Source: Patescibacteria group bacterium
GTDB taxonomy: Bacteria > Patescibacteriota > Minisyncoccia > UBA6257 > MFKM01
Direction: 5' to 3'
Length of the DNA stretch: 43,558 nucleotides
Assembly (NCBI GenBank): GCA_038065115.1
Contig: JBBTRS010000034.1
Span: forward strand, 1 to 43,558
Shown piece by piece: positions 7,293 to 14,972 of the stretch; position 1 is the stretch's first letter, and every line of letters begins with the position of its first letter. Under the pieces are notes generated by a model. It worked only from the letters and a program-made list of their open reading frames with translations. It had not been told where the DNA came from and searched no databases. A program made the translations under genes and the position numbers.

Positions 7293-7332
7293 TTACTATT
7301 GTAATTCCACGATCGCGGAATCATAATAGTAA
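7293..7332. repeat. 40-nt imperfect palindrome centred on CGATCG (copy 1 of 2); probable bidirectional terminator or REP-like element
   Basis: The sequence is TTACTATTGTAATTCCACGATCGCGGAATCATAATAGTAA. It is flanked by an A-run upstream and a T-run downstream. A near-identical element lies at 24281-24324. Confidence 0.75.
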
Positions 7333-7358
7333 ATTTTCTCTGAAAAAAATGAAAAGAT

Positions 7359-8504
7359 ATGAAAATTCTGATTGATCTTCGGGTTTTAGCCCGGCCCCAA
7401 TTTTCAGGCATCACCGAATATGCCAAGCATTTAGTCGGCTATCTGTTGTCGATTGACCAAAAAAACGAATACTTGCTTTTTTGCAATGGCTGCCGCAAAA
7501 CTCCTTTGCCGGAAGATTGGCTTAATAAGCCCCAGGTTAAAATCGTTGATTATTCAATTCCCAACCGTCTTTTAAATTTCGGCAATAAAATTTTTAATCT
7601 GCCTAAAATTGATAAAAAAATAAAAGCTGACGTTTTTTTTAGCCCCCATTTTAATATTCTCTCGCTGGCAAACTCCTCAAAAAGAATATTCACTTTCCAC
7701 GATCTTTCGTTTATCCATTATCCTAATTTTTTTTCCAACCGCGATAAATTTTGGCACTGGCTGCAGAATTACCGGCGCCAAGTCCAAACCGCGGGTCATC
7801 TTATCGCCGTTTCCGATTTTACCCGCCAAGACATTATTGATAATTTATCGGTTTCTCCGGAACGAATAACCAGAATCTATTCGGGAATCAATCCTCTTTA
7901 CCGAAAAATTGCCTCCGGAGACAAAAACTTAAAAGAATTTCAAAAAAATCGTCATTTGGAAAAACCTTTTTTATTTTATCTCGGAGTAATTGAGCCCCGA
8001 AAAAACATTCCCGCCATCATCAAGGCTTTTAATATCCTAAAAGCCGAAAAAGATTTTAAAGATCTGCAACTTGTTATCGCCGGCTCCAAGGGCTGGCTTT
8101 ACGACAAAGTTTTCCAAGAAGCCAAAAATTCAAAATTCCGGGAAGAAATTATTTTTTGGGGAGCGGCGACGCCGTCAGAGGCCCTTTTTCTTTACAATTT
8201 AGCCGAGGTTTTTGTTTATCCGTCGTTTTTTGAAGGCTTTGGCTTTCCTCCTTTGGAAGCCCAAGCCTGCGGTCTTCCGGTTATCACCAGCAACCGATCT
8301 TCTTTGCCCGAAGTAATGGAAAATTCCGCTTTAATGATTGACCCTTGGCGAATTGATGATCTGGTTTTTAACCTGAAAAACATCCTGACCGGCCAAAATC
8401 TCCGAAAACGCCTTCAAAAAGCCGGTTTTTCCAATCTCAAAAGATTTGACTGGGCTAAAACCGCCCAAGAAACTATCAATGTGTTTTCCAAAATAAACCG
8501 CTAA
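7359..8504 (+). CDS. glycosyltransferase (GT4-type)
   Basis: 381 aa. The motif is EGFGFPPLEAQACGLPVITSNRSSLPEV. Confidence 0.88.
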   Translation: MKILIDLRVLARPQFSGITEYAKHLVGYLLSIDQKNEYLLFCNGCRKTPLPEDWLNKPQVKIVDYSIPNRLLNFGNKIFNLPKIDKKIKADVFFSPHFNILSLANSSKRIFTFHDLSFIHYPNFFSNRDKFWHWLQNYRRQVQTAGHLIAVSDFTRQDIIDNLSVSPERITRIYSGINPLYRKIASGDKNLKEFQKNRHLEKPFLFYLGVIEPRKNIPAIIKAFNILKAEKDFKDLQLVIAGSKGWLYDKVFQEAKNSKFREEIIFWGAATPSEALFLYNLAEVFVYPSFFEGFGFPPLEAQACGLPVITSNRSSLPEVMENSALMIDPWRIDDLVFNLKNILTGQNLRKRLQKAGFSNLKRFDWAKTAQETINVFSKINR

Positions 8505-8532
8505 ATAAAAAATAAATTGCGTCGCGATCGCG

Positions 8533-10680
8533 ATGCCGGTTATAATGAAAGAAATGGAAAAAGCCCCCAAAAAAAATATTTCCTTTGTTCTCGCCGATAT
8601 TAAACACCCGTCAAAAGTGTTTGCCTCTCCGATAGCCAAACTCCGCCAAAAAGATTTCCAGCCAACTTTCTTTTTAGAGAACGCCGCCGGAAAAAAATAT
8701 CGTAAAATTTCAGTTCGGCGGCCAAACAAGATTTCTTTTTCCAAAATAATCTTAATCGGTTTAAGTATTGTTGTTTTAACTTCAACCTTTGCCGGTTATT
8801 TGGTTTTTCTAAAATTCGGCAACCCCAAAAATCTTATTACGGCAAAAGTCAGTTTAATTGCTAATAATTTCCAACAAGCCGTAACGGCCTTAAATAATTT
8901 TGAACCCCGAAAAGCGACAATTTTTTTTGAAAAAAATAATTCTGAATTAATCTCGATTAAAAACTATTTCCGGCGTTTCCATTTAACAAAGATTCTGAAC
9001 TGGGGAGGATTTTTTAACGAAACCCTGGCTCTAAATCAGTCGGCTTTGGCCATTTCCCGAAATCTGGAAAACCTCCAAACAAAAGGACTGGCTCTCTTTT
9101 TAAGCGGCAACGGGGAGGAGTTGACGGCGATAGTCAAAAATCTTCAAAAAGAAATCAACAATGTCAGCCAAACCGCCAATTTAATCCGCAACCAGACAGC
9201 TTCCATCAGCGGCAAAATTGCTTTCCTGAAAGGGAATCTGATAGACCTTGGCCAAATCAATCAAAACCTAACCGACAATTATCTCAATTACAGCGTGAAA
9301 TTTTATCAGATAGAAAACAGCTTGGCCGGCCTGCTGGACATTCTCCAATCAGAAAACGATATCCATTGGCTGGTTTTTTTTCAAAATCCGGCCGAAATTA
9401 GACCTGCCGGCGGCTTTTTGGGAAGCTACGCGGATTTAACGATAAACTCCGGCCGGCTGGTTAATATAGACATCCGAGATATTTACGACCCCGACGGCCA
9501 ATTAACAACAAAAATAATTCCGCCTTTGCCGCTTCAAGCGATAACAACCAGTTGGGGCGCCAGAGACGCCAATTGGTTTTTTGATTTTCCGCTTTCCGCC
9601 AAAAAAGTGACGGAATTACTAGAAGCCTCCAAAATTTATCAGGAAAAGAATATCCAATTTTCCGGAGTTATCGCTTTGAATATTAAAATTTTAGAAAGCG
9701 TCTTGGAGCTTAGCGGACCGATAAAATTATCCGATTATCAATTTGAAATCAACCGGAATAATTTTTTAAAAGAAATCCAAAAAGAAGTTGAAGCCGGAAC
9801 GGACAAGGCGAAAGGCGAGCCCAAACGCATCCTTAAAATTCTGGCCCCCGTTCTTTTGGAAAAAATAAGCAACTTCAACAACAATCAAAAGAAAGAATTT
9901 GCGGAAAAACTGAAACTCCATTTAAACCAAAAAGACATTATGCTCTTTGCCAAAGAACCGCGGCTTCAAAATTTTTTCAGCCAAAACGGTTTTGACGGCG
10001 GAGTTTATAAATTGCCCAATAATTTTTGGGGCGGTTATTTAGCGGTGGTCAACGCCAATATTGCCGGCGGGAAAAGCGACTTCTTCGTAAATCAGGAAAT
10101 TGATTTTCGGATAAATCTGGAAAACGACGGCAAAGCCAATAATCAGTTAAAATTAACCAGAGCCCATTCCGGCAATGCTGAAAAAGATTATTGGTGGCGG
10201 GCCGCCAATCAAAATTTTATTAAAATTCTTGCTTCGCCCGAATCAAAACTTCTCACCCTTAACGGCAACAGCCAAAAAACCGTAAAGCCGCCGATTGACT
10301 ATCAAAAAAATAATTATCGGGAAGATTCCGACCTTCAAATGATAGAAAAAGGACAGGAATTTTCAGAAAATTTTAGTGCCTGGCTGGGCGAAGAGTCGGG
10401 CAAAACGGCCTGGTCAACCTGGTTCAATCTGCCGGCTGGCAAAACAAAAACACTGGAGCTGAAATACGAAACACCGGCGCTTGTTTACCCCTCTCCAAAA
10501 ACAGGCCAAATCTACCAATTCATTTTTGATAAACAATCGGGAGTAAACGGAAAATTAAAAACGGCCATTGAAGCGCCCCCCGGTTATAAATGGCAGGAAA
10601 ATCAAAACCCTGTTTACGAATACCAAAACGATAATCCGCCGGCTCGTCTGATTATCAACCTGACTCTATTAAGCATATGA
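8533..10680 (+). CDS. DUF4012 domain-containing membrane-anchored protein
   Basis: 715 aa with one N-terminal TM helix. It contains the DUF4012 hallmark NPAEIRPAGGFLGSYADL. It is adjacent to a polysaccharide locus, as is usual for this family. Confidence 0.72.
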   Translation: MPVIMKEMEKAPKKNISFVLADIKHPSKVFASPIAKLRQKDFQPTFFLENAAGKKYRKISVRRPNKISFSKIILIGLSIVVLTSTFAGYLVFLKFGNPKNLITAKVSLIANNFQQAVTALNNFEPRKATIFFEKNNSELISIKNYFRRFHLTKILNWGGFFNETLALNQSALAISRNLENLQTKGLALFLSGNGEELTAIVKNLQKEINNVSQTANLIRNQTASISGKIAFLKGNLIDLGQINQNLTDNYLNYSVKFYQIENSLAGLLDILQSENDIHWLVFFQNPAEIRPAGGFLGSYADLTINSGRLVNIDIRDIYDPDGQLTTKIIPPLPLQAITTSWGARDANWFFDFPLSAKKVTELLEASKIYQEKNIQFSGVIALNIKILESVLELSGPIKLSDYQFEINRNNFLKEIQKEVEAGTDKAKGEPKRILKILAPVLLEKISNFNNNQKKEFAEKLKLHLNQKDIMLFAKEPRLQNFFSQNGFDGGVYKLPNNFWGGYLAVVNANIAGGKSDFFVNQEIDFRINLENDGKANNQLKLTRAHSGNAEKDYWWRAANQNFIKILASPESKLLTLNGNSQKTVKPPIDYQKNNYREDSDLQMIEKGQEFSENFSAWLGEESGKTAWSTWFNLPAGKTKTLELKYETPALVYPSPKTGQIYQFIFDKQSGVNGKLKTAIEAPPGYKWQENQNPVYEYQNDNPPARLIINLTLLSI

Positions 10681-10976
10681 TAATTAAAAGCATATTGAGT
10701 TTTCTGAAAATATCGGCGTTGATTATTGTAATCGCTTTTTTGGGCTGGGGTCTTTTCAATTTAGATAGACAAAACCGCCGTTTAGAATCTAAAGTTGACA
10801 ACCTCAACGCCAATGCCGAAACACTTGAAAAAGAAAACCGAACTCTCAAAGAAAACATTGATTACTTCGGCCACCCCGAAAACCTGATAAAAGAATTGAA
10901 ATCATTATTTAATTATCGCCAGCCTGGCGAGAAACTAATGATTATCATCCCGAAAAAAAATAATGAAACCCGGTAA
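10677..10976 (+). CDS. septum formation initiator (FtsB/DivIC-like) protein
   Basis: 99 aa. An N-terminal TM helix is followed by a coiled coil (RRLESKVDNLNANAETLEKENRTLKENIDYF). The start overlaps the upstream stop (ATGA). Confidence 0.6.
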   Translation: MIIKSILSFLKISALIIVIAFLGWGLFNLDRQNRRLESKVDNLNANAETLEKENRTLKENIDYFGHPENLIKELKSLFNYRQPGEKLMIIIPKKNNETR

Positions 10977-11511
10977 AAAAATAATTTTTGGGGCAATCGG
11001 ACTTTTGATTCTATTGTCTTTTATTTTTATAAAACTTGGCTTTTATCCGGTAGCCTTAACTTCAAAATGGACTATCACCAGCCGGCAATTTAACAAAGTC
11101 GTCGCCAGCTCTTTGGTTTATTACCAAAAAACTTTTTCCGTCTATGCCGCAAACGCGCCGATTGATAATGTTGAATTTCAAAAAGAAATCAAACGGGCGG
11201 CTTTGGATAAACTGATTAAAGATAAAATTACCGACGAAATTCTGATTAAAAAATTAGGGCGAAAAGAATTAAAACGACAGGTTGATGAAAAAATAACCAA
11301 TTTAGCCATTAATAATGAAATTGCCAAAGCCAGCCAAGTTCTTTACAATCTATCATTAGAAGACTTCAAAAAATTAATTTTGGTCCCTCAAGCTAAGATA
11401 GAAATCTTAAAAGAACAGGGGATTGATCTTGAAAAAATCAAAAAGTCCTACCAACCGATAATTTTAATTCCCGAATTTTATTGGCAAGATGAAGTTCTGA
11501 CGCGGGATTAG
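10963..11511 (+). CDS. membrane-anchored hypothetical protein (SurA-N-like chaperone domain possible)
   Basis: 182 aa with one N-terminal TM helix and a K/E-rich helical remainder. The 3' end overlaps the tRNA-Gly start by 10 nt. Confidence 0.55.
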   Translation: MKPGKKIIFGAIGLLILLSFIFIKLGFYPVALTSKWTITSRQFNKVVASSLVYYQKTFSVYAANAPIDNVEFQKEIKRAALDKLIKDKITDEILIKKLGRKELKRQVDEKITNLAINNEIAKASQVLYNLSLEDFKKLILVPQAKIEILKEQGIDLEKIKKSYQPIILIPEFYWQDEVLTRD

Positions 11512-11575
11512 TTGAGCGGCTCAACGTTACCTTCCCAAGGTAGAAAGACGGGTTCGACTCCCGTATCCCGCTCCA
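11502..11575 (+). tRNA. tRNA-Gly(CCC), CCA encoded
   Basis: The hand-folded cloverleaf is GCGGGAT TA GTTG AGCGGCT CAAC G TTACC TTCCCAA GGTAG AAAG ACGGG TTCGACT CCCGT ATCCCGC T CCA. Confidence 0.9.
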
Positions 11576-11789
11576 AGATTAAATTTTCAGAAATTTTGCC
11601 GATTGATTCGACCGCGCGAAGCGCGATAGAGAACGGAACTGACCGCTTCCGCTTCGCGCGATGCTGTTCAATGCCGGAAATCTTAGGTAAAATAGGCTCA
11701 AGCGGACTCTTGAATGTATTCAAGCTCGTCCCGCCAAAGCCGGAGTAGCTCAGTGGTAGAGTAGCTGTTTCGCCAGCTCCGTTAGAGAT

Positions 11790-11860
11790 GCCGATGTAGC
11801 TTAGTGGCAAAGCAATGGTTTCGTAAACCATGGACGGCAGTTCGATTCTGCCCATCGGCT
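11790..11860 (+). tRNA. tRNA-Thr(CGU), nested inside the interrupted tRNA-like gene
   Basis: The cloverleaf is GCCGATG TA GCTT AGTGGCA AAGC A ATGGT TTCGTAA ACCAT GGAC GGCAG TTCGATT CTGCC CATCGGC T. All stems are Watson-Crick. No CCA is encoded. Confidence 0.88.
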
Positions 11861-11903
11861 CATCGGTATCTCTAACAGGGTAAACAAGTCGCGAGTTCGA
11901 ATC

Positions 11904-11923
11904 CCTGCCTGCCGGCAGGCAGG
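11904..11923. repeat. 20-nt perfect palindrome CCTGCCTGCCGGCAGGCAGG inserted in a tRNA T-stem
   Basis: It is identical to 1307-1326. Removing it restores GCGAG/CTCGC T-stem pairing. Confidence 0.8.
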
Positions 11924-11938
11924 TCGCCTCCGGCTCAT

Positions 11939-12331
11939 TTAAAAATTCATTCCCAAATAAGGCAAAAAGATAAGAAAACCGATAATCGCCGCTCCCAAAG
12001 AAACTAAAAGCACGATAGCGGCAATAAGGTCTTTTATTTTTTTGACGCGGGGATCTTCAGCCGGCTGAAGAAAATCCAAAAAACGCTCCATTGCCGAATT
12101 GATAAGTTCCAAAATAAGCACCGAGAAAATCATTGCCAAAAGAACCGCTTTCTCGGTTCGGCTGGTCGGGAAATAAAGCATAGCCCCAATTGTTATGGCC
12201 GCCAGCAACAGCATATACTTGAATGACGGTTCCTGGACAAGAACCGTTTTCATGCCTTTCCACGCGGTCCGAAAACTCAAAAAGATATTTTTTCTGCTTT
12301 TAAGAAAAGCGATCATTGTTAAAACCTTCAA
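11939..12331 (-). CDS. dgkA: diacylglycerol kinase / undecaprenol kinase family protein
   Basis: 130 aa with three TM segments. The prokaryotic DAGK motif ELINSAMERFLDFL is present. Confidence 0.85.
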   Translation of the reverse strand: MKVLTMIAFLKSRKNIFLSFRTAWKGMKTVLVQEPSFKYMLLLAAITIGAMLYFPTSRTEKAVLLAMIFSVLILELINSAMERFLDFLQPAEDPRVKKIKDLIAAIVLLVSLGAAIIGFLIFLPYLGMNF

Positions 12332-12378
12332 TAAATTTTTATTTGTTTTGAAATAAGAGTATAATGCTATTATATATG

Positions 12379-12527
12379 CCCAGTAGTGAGCCCGCGATTG
12401 CTTCAGTTTAATTTATCTCGCGGCTTTTAGCTGGACGATAGATCGATTATAACAAATTAAAGTCAAATAAACAAATCAGAACCGCGATAAACTGAAGATA
12501 AATTAATATCGCGGGTCTACTACTGGG
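12379..12527 (+). repeat. TATG-bounded structured repeat, subfamily B, copy B1
   Basis: The sequence runs CCCAGTAGTGAGCCCGCGAT...ATCGCGGGTCTACTACTGGG. It is flanked by TATG at 12375-12378 and 12528-12531. It is homologous to 26011-26157. The right-hand ATG (12529) is the prfB start codon. Confidence 0.85.
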
Positions 12528-12528
12528 T

Positions 12529-13230
12529 ATGATCAATCAAAATACGGCAATTATTTCTGTCTACGCCGGCGTCGGGGGAGAAGACGCCAAAGATTGGGTG
12601 GAAATGCTCTTGAGGATGTATCAAAAATACGCCCAACAAAATAATTGGAAAGTCCGGTCAATCAACAATCATACATCGGAAATAATCGGGGAAAACGCTT
12701 ACGGCCTGCTTAAAAACGAATCCGGAGTTCATCGTTTAATCAGAATTTCTCCGTTTGACGCCAAAAAACTTCGCCATACTTCTTTTGCTTTGGTTGAAGC
12801 TCTGCCGGAACTGCCGGAATTAGAAGAAAAAAAATTGGTTATTCCCGATGAAGATTTAAGAATAGAACTTTGCCGTTCCAGCGGTCCGGGCGGTCAAAAT
12901 GTCAATAAAAGAGAAACCGCGGTCAGGATTATTCATTTGCCGACCGGTTTAACCGCCGCTTCGCAGGCTGAACGCTCCCAAGCTCAAAACCGAGAATTAG
13001 CGTTAAAATTGCTAAAATCAAAACTTTTTAAATTAATGACTGAACGCCAGGAAAAAGAACTAAGCAATCTTCGGACTAAAATAACCCCCGATTGGGGCCA
13101 TCAAATACGCTCCTATGTGCTTCATCCTTATCAAATGGTCAAAGACCACCGCACCGGAGTTAAAACCAGCAATACTGAAGCGGTTTTAGAGGGAAATCTT
13201 GATAAATTCATCAAAAAATCTATAATATAA
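12529..13230 (+). CDS. prfB: peptide chain release factor 2, short form lacking N-terminal domain 1
   Basis: 233 aa. It has the SPF stop-recognition tripeptide (RISPFD) and the GGQ motif (SSGPGGQNVNK). It begins at the equivalent of the domain 2 start (IISVYAGVGGEDAKDW). Confidence 0.85.
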   Translation: MINQNTAIISVYAGVGGEDAKDWVEMLLRMYQKYAQQNNWKVRSINNHTSEIIGENAYGLLKNESGVHRLIRISPFDAKKLRHTSFALVEALPELPELEEKKLVIPDEDLRIELCRSSGPGGQNVNKRETAVRIIHLPTGLTAASQAERSQAQNRELALKLLKSKLFKLMTERQEKELSNLRTKITPDWGHQIRSYVLHPYQMVKDHRTGVKTSNTEAVLEGNLDKFIKKSII

Positions 13231-13351
13231 AGACGATGCCGTTATACGAATATATGCCTATGACGCGAATAAATACCGATAATTTGGTATTTATATTCAC
13301 AAATGTAATTCGCGCGAATTAGCATATTGGTATCGCAAAAGCGAAGCGAAT

Positions 13352-14038
13352 ATGATTACCTTTCAAAACATAACCAAGGCTTACAACAAGCACTCAATAG
13401 CTTTGGAAAACGTCAGTTTTAAAATAAATCCTAAAGAATTCGTTTCCGTCGTCGGCCGATCCGGATCCGGTAAATCAACTATCGTTAAGCTTATTATCGC
13501 GGAAGAAAAACCGACCAACGGAAGGGTGATCTTTGATTCTTATGAAGTCAATAAACTGCGTTTTTCGCAGCTTCCCGAATATCGCCGACACATCGGAACC
13601 ATCTTCCAAGATTTCCGGCTTTTAAACGGAAAAACGGTTTTTGAAAACATTGCTTTCGCCTTGGAAGTGGAAGGCCGGCCCCAAAAAGAAATAAACGAAT
13701 TCGTGCCTCAAATTCTTAACCTGGTTGGCTTGAATGATAAAATGCAAAGTTTTCCCTACGAACTATCCGGCGGCGAAAAACAGCGCGTGGCGATTGCCCG
13801 GGCGATGATTAATCAGCCCGAAGTAATTGTCGCCGATGAACCGACTGGGAATCTTGATCCTTTCAACACCTGGGAAATTATCAAACTTCTGATGAAACTC
13901 AACGAAATGGGCAGCACTGTAATTTTAGCCACCCACAACAAAGAAGTCATCAATACTCTGGGTCATCGGGTTATTACTTTAAATAATGGCAAAGTTGCCA
14001 GGGACGAAGAACACGGTCGCTTCATCCTGACGGATTAA
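13352..14038 (+). CDS. ftsE: cell division ATP-binding protein FtsE
   Basis: 228 aa. It has Walker A (GRSGSGKST), the ABC signature (LSGGEKQR) and Walker B (VIVADEP). It is directly followed by ftsX. Confidence 0.92.
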   Translation: MITFQNITKAYNKHSIALENVSFKINPKEFVSVVGRSGSGKSTIVKLIIAEEKPTNGRVIFDSYEVNKLRFSQLPEYRRHIGTIFQDFRLLNGKTVFENIAFALEVEGRPQKEINEFVPQILNLVGLNDKMQSFPYELSGGEKQRVAIARAMINQPEVIVADEPTGNLDPFNTWEIIKLLMKLNEMGSTVILATHNKEVINTLGHRVITLNNGKVARDEEHGRFILTD

Positions 14039-14058
14039 AAATTGGAAATTAAATCAAT

Positions 14059-14967
14059 ATGTTTGTCGCTTTTTCAAGAATAATAAAATATGGCATCCAA
14101 AATTTTTTGAGGAACGGGTGGTTAAGCACGGCTACCATCGCGGTTATGTTTCTGGCTCTCTTTGTTCTGCAAAGCTTGATAATTTTTAATGTTATCGCCA
14201 AGACCGCTATTGCCGCCGTCCAAAATAAAATAGACATCAGTGTTTATTTTAAAAGCAATACCGCCGAAGACGAGATTTTAAAACTCAAAAAATCGCTTGA
14301 AGGGCTAAGCGAAGTCAAAAAAACGGAATATGTTTCCAGGGAACAAGCTTTAGCTGGTTTTCAAGCTAAACACAAGGACGATTCTGTCGTCATCACGGCA
14401 ATCCAAGAAATCGGAGAAAATCCGCTTTTGGCTTCGCTTAACATAAAGGCTTATGACCCCAAAGAATATACGGCTATTTCCGCGTATCTTAATAACGAAT
14501 CTCTTTCTTCCATAATAGAGAAAGCGAGCTACGCTCAAAATCAAATAGCGATTGAGAGGCTAACCAGCATTGTCGGCGCCGCAAAACGAGGCGGAGTTAT
14601 TCTCACCCTCATCGTCGCTCTGATCGCCGTTTTAGTGGCTTTTAACACTATCCGACTGGCAATTTATTCCAATCGGGACGCCATCGGCATTATGAGATTG
14701 GTGGGCGCTTCTAATAATTTTATCAGGGGTCCTTATATCGTTGAGGGGATTCTTTACGGAATTTTAGCCGGAGTTTTAAGCTTCGCCATTATCACTCCCT
14801 TGATTGCCTATATCGCTCCGCATATGGCCAGCTTCGTTCCGGAAATGAATCTTCAAAATTATTTCGCTACGAATTTCCTGCGTCTTTTAAGCTATCAGCT
14901 TGTTTTTGGCGTTATTTTGAGCGCTGTTTCCAGTTTTATCGCCGTCCATCGTTATTTAAAAGTATAA
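14059..14967 (+). CDS. ftsX: cell division permease-like protein FtsX
   Basis: 302 aa. The topology is one TM helix, a periplasmic domain, then three C-terminal TM helices. It is paired with ftsE. Confidence 0.88.
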   Translation: MFVAFSRIIKYGIQNFLRNGWLSTATIAVMFLALFVLQSLIIFNVIAKTAIAAVQNKIDISVYFKSNTAEDEILKLKKSLEGLSEVKKTEYVSREQALAGFQAKHKDDSVVITAIQEIGENPLLASLNIKAYDPKEYTAISAYLNNESLSSIIEKASYAQNQIAIERLTSIVGAAKRGGVILTLIVALIAVLVAFNTIRLAIYSNRDAIGIMRLVGASNNFIRGPYIVEGILYGILAGVLSFAIITPLIAYIAPHMASFVPEMNLQNYFATNFLRLLSYQLVFGVILSAVSSFIAVHRYLKV

Positions 14968-14972
14968 AATCA

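Larger units (their letters stand above)
11739..11935 (+). tRNA. interrupted tRNA-like gene (anticodon unresolved; possibly a pseudogene) hosting tRNA-Thr and a 20-nt palindrome
   Basis: The acceptor stem is GCCGGAG (11739-11745) paired with CTCCGGC (11928-11934), with discriminator T. A canonical D-arm occupies 11746-11762. The T-arm GCGAG TTCGAAT C[20-nt palindrome]TCGC is perfect only after removal of 11904-11923. About 125 nt occupy the anticodon-arm position. Confidence 0.5.

Noticed and set aside
8522-8533. The 12-nt perfect palindrome TCGCGATCGCGA abutting the DUF4012 start codon, which is HIP1-like (GCGATCGC core).
   Set aside because: There is a single occurrence in the window. It is too short to distinguish from chance or a restriction site, so it is noted only.
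11598-11620. A tmRNA 5' end, suggested by GCCGATTGATTCGAC resembling the GGAUUCGAC motif and by possible pairing to CATCGGC at 11853-11859.
   Set aside because: There is no G3:U70, no plausible tag reading frame, and no CCA. The proposed 3' partner already belongs to a complete canonical tRNA-Thr cloverleaf.
11508-11855. Track ORFs 11508..11855(-) (115 aa) and 11512..11748(+) (78 aa).
   Set aside because: They run straight through tRNA-Gly, the structured spacer and the nested tRNA locus. They are open only because the region is GC-richer RNA-coding DNA.
12332-12528. An upstream prfB exon with the classical +1 programmed frameshift.
   Set aside because: No upstream reading frame exists. The interval is an AT-rich spacer plus the repeat element, bounded by the divergent dgkA start.
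13231-13351. A possible degenerate relic of the TATG-bounded element between prfB and ftsE. TATATGCC at 13250-13257 matches the B1 left junction, and CGCGAAT/ATTCGCG and AAATACC/GGTATTT inverted repeats are present.
   Set aside because: It lacks the CCCAGTAGT/ACTACTGGG termini. The similarity is limited to an 8-mer and generic small hairpins.
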